This document shows, piece by piece, positions 13,310-25,296 of a DNA stretch of 64,000 nucleotides (position 1 is its first letter; each line of letters begins with the position of its first letter). Below the pieces are notes generated by a model. That model had not been told where the DNA came from. It ran no database searches and saw only the letters and a list, made by a program, of their open reading frames with translations. The translations under genes were made by a program, and so were the position numbers. Location of the stretch: the NCBI GenBank assembly GCA_002104905.1, contig MCFE01000458.1:1-64000 (forward strand). Direction: 5' to 3'. Source of the DNA: Basidiobolus meristosporus CBS 931.73. Taxonomy: Eukaryota; Fungi; Basidiobolomycota.

Positions 13310-16300
13310 ATATTAGCAAGTATGTTGTCAGCTTGTACTAAAGCATTGATGAAGCAATTTGGTGCAGTAGCTGATAGCATAGATTCAATGGCCCAGAGAA
13401 ATCAGTAAATAATCTAGAAACAGGATGAGTGGATAACACATGTGGAGCAATCAGTAGACTTGTTCCATTGTACCATGCCAGCGTGTGCAGTGCAGTCTGC
13501 AGTCTCTAAGAATGATTGGGTGCAATATTATAGCTACTAGTAGGCAGGATTGCTCTTGGAAAATTTTGCACCATATTGGACAATCTTGCACACTATGGCA
13601 CAGTTGTACACATTGAGGTTGGCACAGATGATTGCACCAACTTGTAATGTTTGTATCACATGCACAAATGGATACTGCTGTTATAGTAGGTAAAATCTGG
13701 TATTTGGATATGTTTCTTTAATGTAAATGGAAATAAATACATATCACACTATAAACTACACTGATACTTACCATATTGGTTACCATCATTCCAATTGGTT
13801 GGAATCTCAGTGGTTAATTGGTCTAAAAGTATTATGAAGCTGTCAGCCCCCAATTGTCTCTTTTACCAATACACAAGTTACCTGATTCATCATCAAATAT
13901 CCTACTTTGCCTATTGAGCAAGTAAATACCTGATCCTGATGATTGGACAAGGTGTTGTAGCTATCACACCGCTGATCAGATATGTGCAATACAGATCAAA
14001 TGGCTGCACTGGTGCTACAGATGATATATATATATGCAGGGTGTTTATTTATAAGGGTTCTGTCTCAAATGTGTGACAACCTTTATGTTGCTTCAATCAA
14101 AAACTAAGAGATCATTGATTTGCAATGGCTTGATGCAGATTGCAAAAAAAAATGTGTAGTTTGGATCATGACTAATATTAGCAATTCAATGAGATCACAT
14201 CATCTTCTCCTAGGTTTTTTTCTTGCAGGGATTACTACTGAAGCATTTGGTAATGATTCACTTTGCACACCTAAACTACTTCCTTATCAACAATCATCTT
14301 GGCTACTTGTGTATTTGCGGTCAGTACTTTGCCTACTAATTGACAAGTACAATGCTGCAGCTTGGCTGTGCTGAATTGCTCCAGATGATGCTACCAAGCC
14401 AGCCTGCAGTGCTACATGCTGATGTGTACTTTTACTTGCAAAAAGCTCCAGTGGTGGAGGCACTTCATGTGGGTCATCATCAGTCAGTCCGCCAGAAAAA
14501 ACTTGCTGATGGTGAGGAGTAATGGCACATGCAGACACAACTTGATGCACTGGTATGGCCCTTAGCTGAGTTTGATGTGATGCTGCTTGTTGATGCAACT
14601 TGGCCAGCTCCCATGGACTTGTGTCTGAATGAGCAGTTTGGTGAGTTCTAATGGTTTTGCTGTGAAGAGGGTGCATTGACCCAACATGCATTGACTTCAT
14701 GCAGAGCACTCTGGTGAAGGGTGTTGGCATAGTTTGGACTGACATGCACCAACATGCTGATGTTGCAAGGGATAGTAAGGAACTCAGTGAGGTGTGCTGG
14801 CACAATCTTGACACTGTTGCTTGCAGTCTGTATTCTTCCTCTTGAAGCTCAACTTTTGATTCCTCAAGGTATTCACTTACCCTCTGTCTGATACTCTGGA
14901 GCTGTTGCCTGGATAGGTCCTGTGTATATTGCTTTCAGTAGCCACTTAGCTCTATGAATATATCATGTAGTAAATTAGTCATTTGAGGCAAAAACTCATT
15001 TAAATCTCTTTGGTTCCCAAAGTCAAGGTATATATGGACATGTCCAGCCTGTACTGAGCAATATGAAGAGATTCAGCATACTGGCAGGTAAATACAGAGG
15101 AAAGTCATATATAGAAGAAAATAGCAGAATAAGTAAAATAGTTAAGATACTTATCAATGCACAGTATATTCATACAAGAAGACATCCATTGAGAGAAAGG
15201 TGTCTGGAGCATTATGATGAGTAAATAAAGCAAGGAAAGCACTACTCTGAGCAACATAAGTAAGATTGGGTTAAATGACCAGTAACTATATCCTATCACT
15301 GGCACTATGTGGCACTATCCAACAGAATAAGTCTAATACCTCAGGCAGAGAAAGCAGTACCTTTGCAGCAAAGAAGGAGCTCAAGTAGCTCAATGTCCCA
15401 GCAAAGAATTGAGCCATTTCCCAATGTCAAAGCAGAGGAACACTCTACAGTGTTTGAAGCACAACAATAGTGCCCAAAGATAAAACTCACAGAAAAAAGT
15501 ATTGCAGCATAGGAGGGTGACAATGTGATATTTATACCAAAGACTAAAAATCAAAAGACATTGAAGATCAGTAAAGCTGGTGGCTGCAACAATGAAGAGT
15601 GGGCTAATATTCAAGAGGCTGTCAGAAGTCTAGCATACCAACACCAAAAGTCCAACATACCATGGAATCATCAGGAACTCAACGCCAAGTAGAATGAACT
15701 TGACTTGTTCCACTGGTTTTATCCTGAACTCAATTGGGCAAATGGATTTTGGGCCAGCATAGGCAGGCAAGGAAAGTATTGTAAGAGTAGCAGAAACTAT
15801 CAAAGGCAGAAGAACAAGGGTTCCATGGCTAAAAATTGGCAGTTTCCTTAAGAGCCTGTTACAGGCAGGGCCAAAAGCTCCAAACAAACATCAGTGAGAT
15901 GTCAGGCAGCTAGAAGAGTGCCAATAAGGGACAAGCAGGCAGACGTAGATGCACTAGCACAACATTTGCCAAGGAAGAAGTTTATTACCACTCAAGAAGC
16001 ACTTGGTCAAGGTAGCAGTGAAGGACCTAGTGGTGATAAAAACCAGTGGCTTTCTCAGGAGCTCATCACAACTATGGTTGAGAGCTGAAAACAAGCAGTA
16101 AGGAAATGTCAAGTTGCCAGGAGAGTGCCAGCAAGGGACAAGCAGGCCAAAACAGATGTGTTAGAGCTGAGGTCATTAAGGAGAATACATAGTTCTTTAC
16201 AAGAAGCATTCACACAAAGTAGCAGTGAAAGACCTGGCAGCTATAATGAAAAAGATAAAGGAAATAATGTCTACCCAAGCCTGAGACAGGGAAGCATAAA

Positions 16301-16740
16301 AAAAACTGCAGTTCTTGCCAATTAACTCCATAAGCCTGGAACAGACTGAATCCCATTATAGCCAAGATTTACCAACAAGAAAACAGCTGTTTTCACAACA
16401 GTTGGGAGCACAGGCAGTTGAGCTACACTCCAGCAAGGTAGAAGAGTTTGCAGAGAAAGACAATTTGTCTACCACAGCCTCTGCATCTTCCATTGTTGAC
16501 AGAGTGGAGATCCTACTGACAGACAAGGCTACAACATCAATAACTCAAAAGACTATCACAATACCTTCAGTGGAATTTTGGAACATTAATAGGCACACCA
16601 AGAGGTTGCAGCTCTTCTCCAAGAGCAGTGCTCAAGAAAATTCACTTGAATATTGCAGGGACATATTGCAAATGCTGACAGATGAGGTGCTAGACCTTGC
16701 AGTGCTGGCTGAAGACCAGGACATATGATAACCAGGTGAT
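13310..16740 (+). pseudogene. CMC ORF2 relic, interrupted by a PHIS derivative
   Basis: Matches 25480-27010 once 13456-15334 is removed. Confidence 0.85.
13456..15334 (-). mobile_element. Internally deleted PHIS element (1879 bp), inverted relative to 20702-24101
   Basis: Ends AGACTTGTTCC... and ...AATAAGTCT, flanks AGT (13453-55) and AAT (15335-37). Reverse complement of 20702-24101 lacking about 21030-22440. Confidence 0.88.
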
Positions 16741-16744
16741 GAAC

Positions 16745-17495
16745 TGACTGAAAAGTATCTTTGCCTGTACAATAACAAACTTGGGAAAACAATCAAATAT
16801 AAAAAAATATACCTACTCTGAGTATTCCTCACAAGTAGTTCCTCCAAGGTCAGTTGGCTGTCAGCGTGGTTTCCTGGGAGTATTGTCAGGTTTGAGTCAG
16901 AAAGTAGAGGTAATAGGCAGCGGTGATCTCACTAATTAATAAGTTGGAATATTGGAAGAGGGATGATTTATTTTTAAGGGATAGCCTCCCTTATATACTT
17001 TTTCATTGCTCATATTCTTGCTAGAAAATACTTTCTGGAAGTCTCCAGAAGGTAGTAGACAGCCAATCATGTCAATGTGTACTAAAAATAGCTCAAATTC
17101 TTAGGGGATTGTTCCATGACACATAGTAGTACCTAGCCAATCAGATAGTGGTAATATGAAACCTCTGTGTCATGTAGTTACCTCATATGGTAGTAGGATT
17201 GAAGGGTTATGAAGCCAGGATGGTCACATGACATAGGCACTGTTGTGGGTACTTGCCGTAGATGGTAACTATGTTATCTTGGAATTTTGGCATCTTGGCA
17301 AAGAATAGGAATGGCTTGTGCAATGGGCTAATAGTGACACATAGTTTGCCAGGTCACATAGTATTAATCACACAGAGAGATAGAAAATATTGCAACTTGG
17401 GATGATACTAATATAGGGGGGGTAGTCCTTTTTAGGGAAGTGAATATATGGGAATGAGTACATCTGCCTGTGGGTGTCACTGTGACCCCACTACA
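16745..17495 (-). repeat. Truncated copy of the 1071-bp LTR
   Basis: Homologous to about 35745-36484, ends CCCCACTACA, followed by ACGC. Confidence 0.88.
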
Positions 17496-18490
17496 ACGCA
17501 CCTATAAGGGGGATTAGAATCCAGCAGGGAGAAGAAATATATTGGCTAAATACCAAAAGGTTCTTTGCAGATATACAGGATGTACTTGTGGCAGAAGTGG
17601 TGGTAACCAATCATATGTTTGCAAGATACATATCTTACCACCAATGCAAGGTGTTTGGCAACTTTGCAAGTATCACACTAAAAAGCCATAAATCATAGGT
17701 GATAAAAGTATTTCAATTGCAGCAGGTGTGAGTTTTTGTAAAGCTTGGTAAGCAGGTGGCCATAGTATTTCTTGACTCAAGCTATATGTAGAATACGCAA
17801 GATAGTTGTGGGTGAGCAAATACAGAGGGGTTATTTTAATATGAAATATGTGAATTGTGCAAGGGGAGGTAGAAAAAGAAAATACAATTTGGTAAATTGG
17901 TACGGTAGCATTATACAGAGCTAGCTGTAGGCTAAAATACCACTGTGATGATGCCATCAGAGGCTTGCAACAAGGCCATCAAAGTACCATCAAGTTTTTT
18001 GTCATAAAAGGCAATTAGATATACAGATTAGTAAGATCCACGCAAATAGCTATAAAGCACACTCAGTCTGCAACAATGTAGTGCCACCCTTGGCAAAGCA
18101 CCATACAAATGCTTTTATATTTTATTAACTTTGTTTGGCTGCAAAATTTGCAAAATACTGTTGTTATCCTGTCACAAGATTGCGCAGGTGCTGATTAGTT
18201 CCAAGCTGCTAGTGTTATTGCAGTCTCCTAATGGGATCTTGACAGCTTATCTGGACTGGATTTATCTGTAGGACCAAGTTCATTTCCATAGAGAACTCAC
18301 ACAAACAAGTGCCAGAGTGCACATACAAGGGGAACTAGAATTCAGCAGTACAAAGGAATATATTGTTTAAATACCATGAGGTTCTTTATGGACATGCAGT
18401 AAGTATTTATGGCAAAAGTGGCGGCAACCAAACATATGTTTGCAAGATGTATATGTTATAATCACTAAAAGGAATATGGTAGCTTTTTTT
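17496..18490 (+). mobile_element. CMC transposase 3' ends with one terminus at 18293
   Basis: MAEVVVTNHMFARYI-type C-terminal domain, subterminal region and ...TTTCCATAGAG terminus, then another transposase fragment. Confidence 0.8.
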
Positions 18491-20874
18491 AACAGCTTCA
18501 AATTAGTGACCCTCTTAACAATGTTATAACAGGATCACAACAGTGTTTTGCTAATTTTACAGCCAAATATAGGTATAAAACTTGGCAATATTTAGTTGGT
18601 GCTATGACAATAATTGCATGGTATTGTTGCAGTCTTTTTGGGCTCTACAATTATTTTAGGAGGATCCAACCAGCCAGAACTTTATTTTAATGGCCCCACA
18701 GCAAGACTCTGATGGCATTACATTGGAAGTATGACAGCCTACAGCTGGTTCTGTATAATGCTACTGTACCAACTTACTAAATGGCATTTCCTTTTTCTAT
18801 CTCCCCTTGTGCAACTCATATATTTCACTGAAGAATCACCCCTCTTTATTTGCTCACCCACTACTACCTTGGGTATTCCATATATAGTTCAAATAAAAAA
18901 AATTATGGCCTCATGCTTACTAACCTCTACAAACATGCACACATGCCACAATTGACATATTTCTATGACCTCAACTTTACAGCTTTTAAGTGTGATACTT
19001 GCAAAGTTGCCATATACCTTGTACTGTGGGTAACATATACATCTTGCAAACATATACTTGGTTGTTGCCACTTCTGCCATGAATACCTCCTGAATATCTG
19101 CAAAGAACTTCTTGGTATTTAGTCAATAAATTCCTTCTCTCTGCTGGATTCTAGTCCCCCTCATAGGTGCACTATGGCTTTTGTTTGTGTGAATTCTGTA
19201 TTGAATGGTATAGAAGTTGGTGTGTGACCTAGAGAAATTCAGCATACCTTGGTAGAGCTTTTCTAATAGAAGTTAGTTGCTTGTTGCACCCAACACAACT
19301 TTGCATTACTTAACTGATTACCCATGCATTGAGGCTGCTTAGCTTCTTAATGCTACAGGCATAGGTGTCTCCATGTGCACATTTGTCCTCAGTATTTTCC
19401 AATTCTTCCCGGCTGTCCTCCATCTGCCAACTCATCACATCCATGACAGAATTGAAGGTAATTTTCTTAATGAGGTGAAGATGTGGTAGTACCTGCAACT
19501 TGACTTGTCTTCCTATCTCCCCACACATGCACTCCATAGGAAACTTCCAAAAGGTGAAGCAAGTCCCAATATTCTCCTCACACTGTGCAAGATGGTGTAG
19601 AGAATGGATACAGTAGTGTCAGAGATCTCTGTGTTCAGCTTTATGTTTGTGGTATAGCTGCTCAAATCCCATCACAAGCTCCTTGCACAACAGCTATGGA
19701 TGCATCAAGTTGGTATTGGTGATCTGCTTCTGGATAAATATTCCTACAATGTCCACATATGACTCCCAATGCTTCCAATGTACTCTTGGGTAGGAATGGC
19801 CTCAGAATGCCACTTGAATAAATACATATCCAGCTCATCTAGTATTTGCATTTGTATTGTTGCATGTGCTTATGAATATTAATTGAAGCCTGTGAGAAGT
19901 ACTTAAGATGGCAGATACTCTGTAATATCTTGCCAATTCTTTCAGGTTGCTCCCAAATCTTGAAGGGCTCATTTAGCTTGAAATACCCCATGTACAACTT
20001 GGTCATCAGTATAGGGATATTGTTGAAAGCAAATACATAGCTCTCTGTGCAATGCTTTTGCTCCAACAGATACCCTCTATCTTAAGTATCTCTAGCTTCC
20101 AATTGATTCCATATTCTGGCTAATGGCAAATAGCTTGCCAACATTGCTGCAATTGCATGCTGTCATCTGTACATTGTCTCTGTGGAAAGAAGATGTTCTT
20201 AATACTGGTGTTTGGGTAATAATAATGTGTGTGAGTTATGGAGTATATCCCTGGGATCTCACACATTTGACAGCAATACCTTCCATTGTGCCCAGAAAAG
20301 CTGGCTATCTTACAGATGGCTGGGGTATCTCCAATGCAGATAATAATATGCACTTTTACATGATGGCCATTTACTGCTATCCTGCTGGAAAGCATACAAA
20401 AATCATCCAGCAATGGAGACAGGTGGCTATCCGGGTTGGACAGTGATTTAGGCCCTGATACCAGTGAGACTACTATTAGATCATTGCTCTGATACTGTAA
20501 GATGGGCAGCAGATTCAGATTGATGAGAATCAGTGGCCAGCAGAATTTGCCGGTAGAGTTGTTATGAGAATCCATCAAGAGCTACAGCAAAGGCATTATC
20601 ACACATACCTTCAAAGTAGATACTGTTTCTTAGCTGTTTGTAATGCTTGCCATCAAATATATTGGATATGCTAGTACTTGACTGATACTGTGTATAGTAC
20701 TTGACTTGTTCCATTGGATTGTGCCACATGGTGCAAGCTGGTTTTTAGTGCTGGATCAATCTGGCAACATCTGGCACTATAATTTCAACCATAATGCCAG
20801 TGGTAGGATATAGTTACTGGTAATTTTACTCAATTGAACTTGTGTTGCTCAGAGTAGTGCTTTTCTTGCTTTAT

Positions 20875-21834
20875 TTACTCTTCATAATGCTCCAGACACC
20901 TTTCTCTCAATGGATGTCTTCTTGTATGAATATACTGTGCATTGATAAGTCTCTTAACTATTTTACCTATTTTGCTGTTTTCTTCTATATATGACTTTCC
21001 TCTGTATTTACCTGCCAATATGCTGAATCTCTTTAGATATCCAAGTGTATGCTCTACTCTCACTCTGAAATGATTAAATATCTCATTGTAGAGCTTCTGC
21101 TTCCTGCTAAGCACACCATTCCTTGGCTTCCTATAAGCTGTAATACATACCAATTTCTGACAATCCTCTCCTATATAAGCTAAGTCTGCCACACATCTTG
21201 CCCCTCTACTGAATTCTGCATTATTCTCTGCCCAGAATGCTTTGTCATGCCTAATTCTGGCAAATGTCCCACTAAGCCAGATGATGTTACCCCCAATGTC
21301 AGACAGTGCTTGAAACTTCACACAGTGTGCCTTGTACTTGCCAGAATAAATGTGCCTCTGCCCTCTAGAAGGTCTGTCAATCCTGTCAGGGAAGGTATCC
21401 AAAATACCTCTGGCATTGAACCTGTTCCTGAGCACTCTGGGATATGAAAGGCTATTGGAGCTTCTGAACCTAGTATTCCAAGCTTGATCTAAGTCATTCA
21501 TACCTTCTACAAGGTGGTTCTTCATTGCTGTCAGCTGGGAATGAAAGCTTCTAGGACTTTTGTTGCCATGGATGGGAGGACAAAACCTGTGGGGTAATAA
21601 TTCTTGTAATTGTAGAAAAGCTACAAGAGATCTCCTTGAGTAGCTTAGGGTAGATGGTCCACAGTACTTGGTATATATCTCCTTTAATATGTCAAAAAAA
21701 AATCCAGTGGTAGTGCTGGGAGTGATGAAAAAAGACCATTCAGATGAATAAATCATATTAAAATTGGTAGGTGATTGAGATGAGGTGATTTGAGTCAATT
21801 TGGCACAATCAGCTTTATTTATCTGGTTCTCCAT
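20875..21834 (-). CDS. DDE_Tnp_4 (Harbinger/IS5-like) transposase, 319 aa
   Basis: GILDT..IDRP..QR..YSGKYKAHCVKFQ, HD, ADLAY, YN..F..FRVRVEH.LG.LKRFSIL. DDE triad present, no stops. Confidence 0.92.
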   Translation of the reverse strand: MENQINKADCAKLTQITSSQSPTNFNMIYSSEWSFFITPSTTTGFFFDILKEIYTKYCGPSTLSYSRRSLVAFLQLQELLPHRFCPPIHGNKSPRSFHSQLTAMKNHLVEGMNDLDQAWNTRFRSSNSLSYPRVLRNRFNARGILDTFPDRIDRPSRGQRHIYSGKYKAHCVKFQALSDIGGNIIWLSGTFARIRHDKAFWAENNAEFSRGARCVADLAYIGEDCQKLVCITAYRKPRNGVLSRKQKLYNEIFNHFRVRVEHTLGYLKRFSILAGKYRGKSYIEENSKIGKIVKRLINAQYIHTRRHPLRERCLEHYEE

Positions 21835-22099
21835 GCATTATGATTAAATCTTCATTAGTTACCATGTATCCCATCATTATGTTGCAAGAATCATCCTCCA
21901 ACAATGACTTGGCATTTTTATTGATGTTTTACTCACAAGTCTCTAATCAAATAGGAAATCAGCAACTGATGTAATCTAATATGTGTCAATGCAATCCAAG
22001 GTGCATCATGCATAATATATGGAAAATTTAACAGTCACATTAGTTTTCATATATATTTCATATAAGACCAGGTTGATGCAATTCATACTGTACAGGTAT

Positions 22100-23290
22100 C
22101 TAAGTCTGTCACTATGGTCCCTATACCAAGTCTCAACACATCTTTGGTACAACCCAGAAAAAACCCATCCCCCAGCTCACAAATGCAGTCTGGACCAGGG
22201 AAGTCAATGTTTGATGCGTTTGAGTTCTTGCCAAATGATTATAGTAAGGGCTAAGTGTCTACAATGAGCCTTTAAATAGATATTTGGGCACTACTCACTA
22301 ATCTGGCAGAACTAGATACCTCAGAGAGTCAACAGAGATGGGAGAACCTGAGTAGAAAGCCATGGCATGAGTTCTACATCAAGATGCCAGCAGATGTATG
22401 TAAGAAGATATATAACAAGACAAGCATTGAAATCAAGAATGAGTTGAGCATAAGGGGATTTGATAAGGAAGCTGCATGGGAGCAATTTTGGACACAGTTT
22501 GCTCAGTATAGGCTGGACATGTCAGTATGTACCTTGACTTTGGGAACCAAACAGATTTTGAAAGGGTTTTTGCCTCAAATGACTAATGTACTACATGATA
22601 TATCAATAGAGCTGAGTGGCTTCCAAGAGCAATATACACAGGACTCATCCAGGCAACAGTTCCTAAGTATCCAACAGAGGGTAAGTGAATACCTTGGGGA
22701 ATTAGAAGGTGAGCTTCAAGAGAAAGAATACGGACCTCCAGCAACAGCATCTAGATTGCGCCAGCCCACCTTGCTTGATTCCTTACCAGCCCTTGCAACT
22801 TCAGCATACTGGTGCATGTCAGTCCAAACCACGGCAACACCCTTCACATGAGTGCCCTGCATCAAGTGAATGCATGTTGGGTCAATGTGTGCGCTTGAGA
22901 GCAAAACCCCCAGAGCTTGACAAACTGCTCATTTAGACACAAGTCCATTGGAGTGGGCAAAGTTGCATCAAAACACAGCATCACATCAGACTCAGCCAAG
23001 AGCCATGCCAGTGCATCAAGTTATCTCTGCGCATGCCATTATACCTGACCATCAGCAAGTTTCTTCTGGTGAACTGACTAATGATGACCCACAAGAAGTG
23101 CCTCCACCACCTGAGCCTTTGGCAGGTAAAAGAACATTTCAGCACATAGTAATGCAGGCTAGCTCAGTAGCATCATCCGGAGCAATTTAGTGCAGCCAAG
23201 CTGCAGCATTGCACTCATTGACTAGGAGGCAATAACTGACTACAAATACACAAGTAGCCAAGATTGTAGTCAATAAGAAAGGGGCTTAGG
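22100..23290 (+). pseudogene. PHIS ORF2, unknown function
   Basis: Frame of ORF 22384-22851 extends both ways through stops that are sense codons in the second copy (ORF 14287-14814). Start position uncertain. Confidence 0.7.
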
Positions 23291-25296
23291 TATATAAAGT
23301 GAATCACTACCAGATGCTTCAGTAGTAATCCCTGTGAGAAAAAAACCTAGGAGAGGATGATGCAATTGCATTAAATCACTATTATTTGTCATAATCCAAA
23401 CAGCACATTTTTCTTGGAATCCGCATCAAGCCATTGCAAACCAGTGATTGCTAAATTTTTGATATAAGCAATATCAAGGTTGTCTCACATTTGAGACAGA
23501 ACCCCCATAAATAAACACCCTGCATATATATACATCATCTGTGGCCCCAGTGCAGCCATTTAATCTGTTTTGCACCTATGAAATTGGTTGCGTGCTGGCT
23601 ATGACACCTTGTCCAATCACTAGGATCAGGGATTTACTTACTCATGGGCAAATTGGCATATTTGATGGCAAATCAGGTAGCTTGTGTATTGGTCAAAGAG
23701 CCAATTAAAGGCTTAAAGCTTCAGGATACTTTTGGACCAATTAACCAATGAGCTACCATCCAATTGGAGTGATGGTGACCAAAATGGTAAATATCAGTGT
23801 AGCTTATAGTGTGATACATATCTATATTTATTTACATTGAAAAATGTATCCAAATAACAGATTTTATCTACTTTAATAGCGGTGTCTGATTGCTCATGTG
23901 ATGCAAACATTACAAGTTGGTACAATCATTTGTGCCATCCTCATCATGTCAGATTTTGCCATAATGTGCAAGATTGCCCCATATGGTGCAAAATTGTCCT
24001 AGAGTAATCCTACCTACTGGTAGCTTCAATATTGCACCTAATTGGTCTAAGAGACCACAGATTGCACTGCATGCCCTGGCACAGTTCAATGGAACAAATC
24101 CACTATATAGCTTTGCAATATTTGTTGCACTGCATCAGCTTCCTCAGATGGGGTATGACCAGAATATATCCGGAGTGTGAACAATGTTTTCCCTCAATAG
24201 TTGTGGATTCCTGACAATTTGGACATGTTGCATTGGTAGCATTTTTGGATGTGATTGCCATGCAACTGTTAACACATGCTGGAATCAGGGCAGTTTCTGG
24301 ATCCTATGCTGCCAGTCACATGATGGTTGCCCACTTGTACCATGTACATGGTAAGTTGCATCCTGGTATGATTTTGGCAAGAAGTAGTAATAAATCATCA
24401 AAGCCCCTACTACTGATATTAGTGGTAACACGCCACTTCTCTAGCCACAACATTACATCCTTCACCAGTAATTGGATTACTGGGCTCACTTGGCTCCATA
24501 AAGTATCCTTGGCATTTGTTTCAATGGGTGTTGTCTCATTGCATATAGGGATTTGACTGGGCTCATATGTAATACTGTTGTTAGGGGAGATACACTCAAA
24601 ATCCATCAGTGAACCTTCTTTGTCAGGGCTATCACTCTGCATGTCATATCCAGATGCTGAGGTGAGCCTAAAGACATCACAAATTCACCTGACTTGGTTT
24701 GTGCAAGGTGACAAAGATGCCTGGTGCCAATAGAGAAGTATCAACTGGCCGGCAAAATAATGTTGGTACAGTAGTGACCTATGAATGGTCAAATTTGACT
24801 TTGTGGCAAAACACTGGCTATGATCCTTGTAATACTTCCTATGCTGTTTGCATGATTCATGACTGAGAGGCTTGCCACAATAGCCACATGGTCTTTTTTC
24901 TCTTCTCTTATGGTGTAGAATCAAAGAAGCCTTGTCTATGGGGCAAACAGTCTGACCTTCAACAACATAACTTTATTATATCACTTTTTGGTCAATACTT
25001 ATGTGAACTAAAGACAGCCTTGTATTTGAGACATTGCACCCACATTAATGTAAGATTCAATGATGACCTGCCATAGTAAGCATTATAAATAAAGCTGTGG
25101 CGCCACTTACACATGTATATTTAGCACTATTTCCCCTTTGGTTTGACTCACTTCCATATGTATTCCGCAAAAAATTAAAGCAAAGTTGCCTGGTTCCCAA
25201 CCAAACCCCACTGCTGACAGCAACATAAGAAAGGTTGGACAACAGCTTGCTTTGACATTGAGTGCAACAAGCAGGGCTTAATTCCAAAAAGGCCCT

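Larger units (their letters stand above)
20702..24101. mobile_element. PHIS (PIF/Harbinger-like) DNA transposon, 3400 bp
   Basis: Imperfect ~25-bp TIRs (TGACTTGTTCCATTGGATTGTGCCA / TGGCACAGTTCAATGGAACAAATCC). Perfect ACT duplication at 20699-701 and 24102-104. The empty site is visible at about 52250-52270. Confidence 0.92.
18739..24930 (-). pseudogene. Tnp2 (Transposase_21)-family transposase, split by PHIS insertion
   Basis: N-terminal CGYC..H motif, LPxTWY, ALDGF...CWPLILINLNL...GPK...SHLSPLLDDF, IGDTPA...GHNGRYCCQMC, FWKFPMExMCG, then a DUF4216-like tail. Many TGA/TAA/TAG stops. Confidence 0.9.

Noticed and set aside
18850-19122. Cys/His-rich ORF (CDTC...CKH..CCHFC) suggesting a RING finger, repeated in several copies
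   Set aside because: It is antisense to the transposase C-terminal domain, whose frame links continuously to the FPMExMCG region, so its conservation is explained by the opposite strand.
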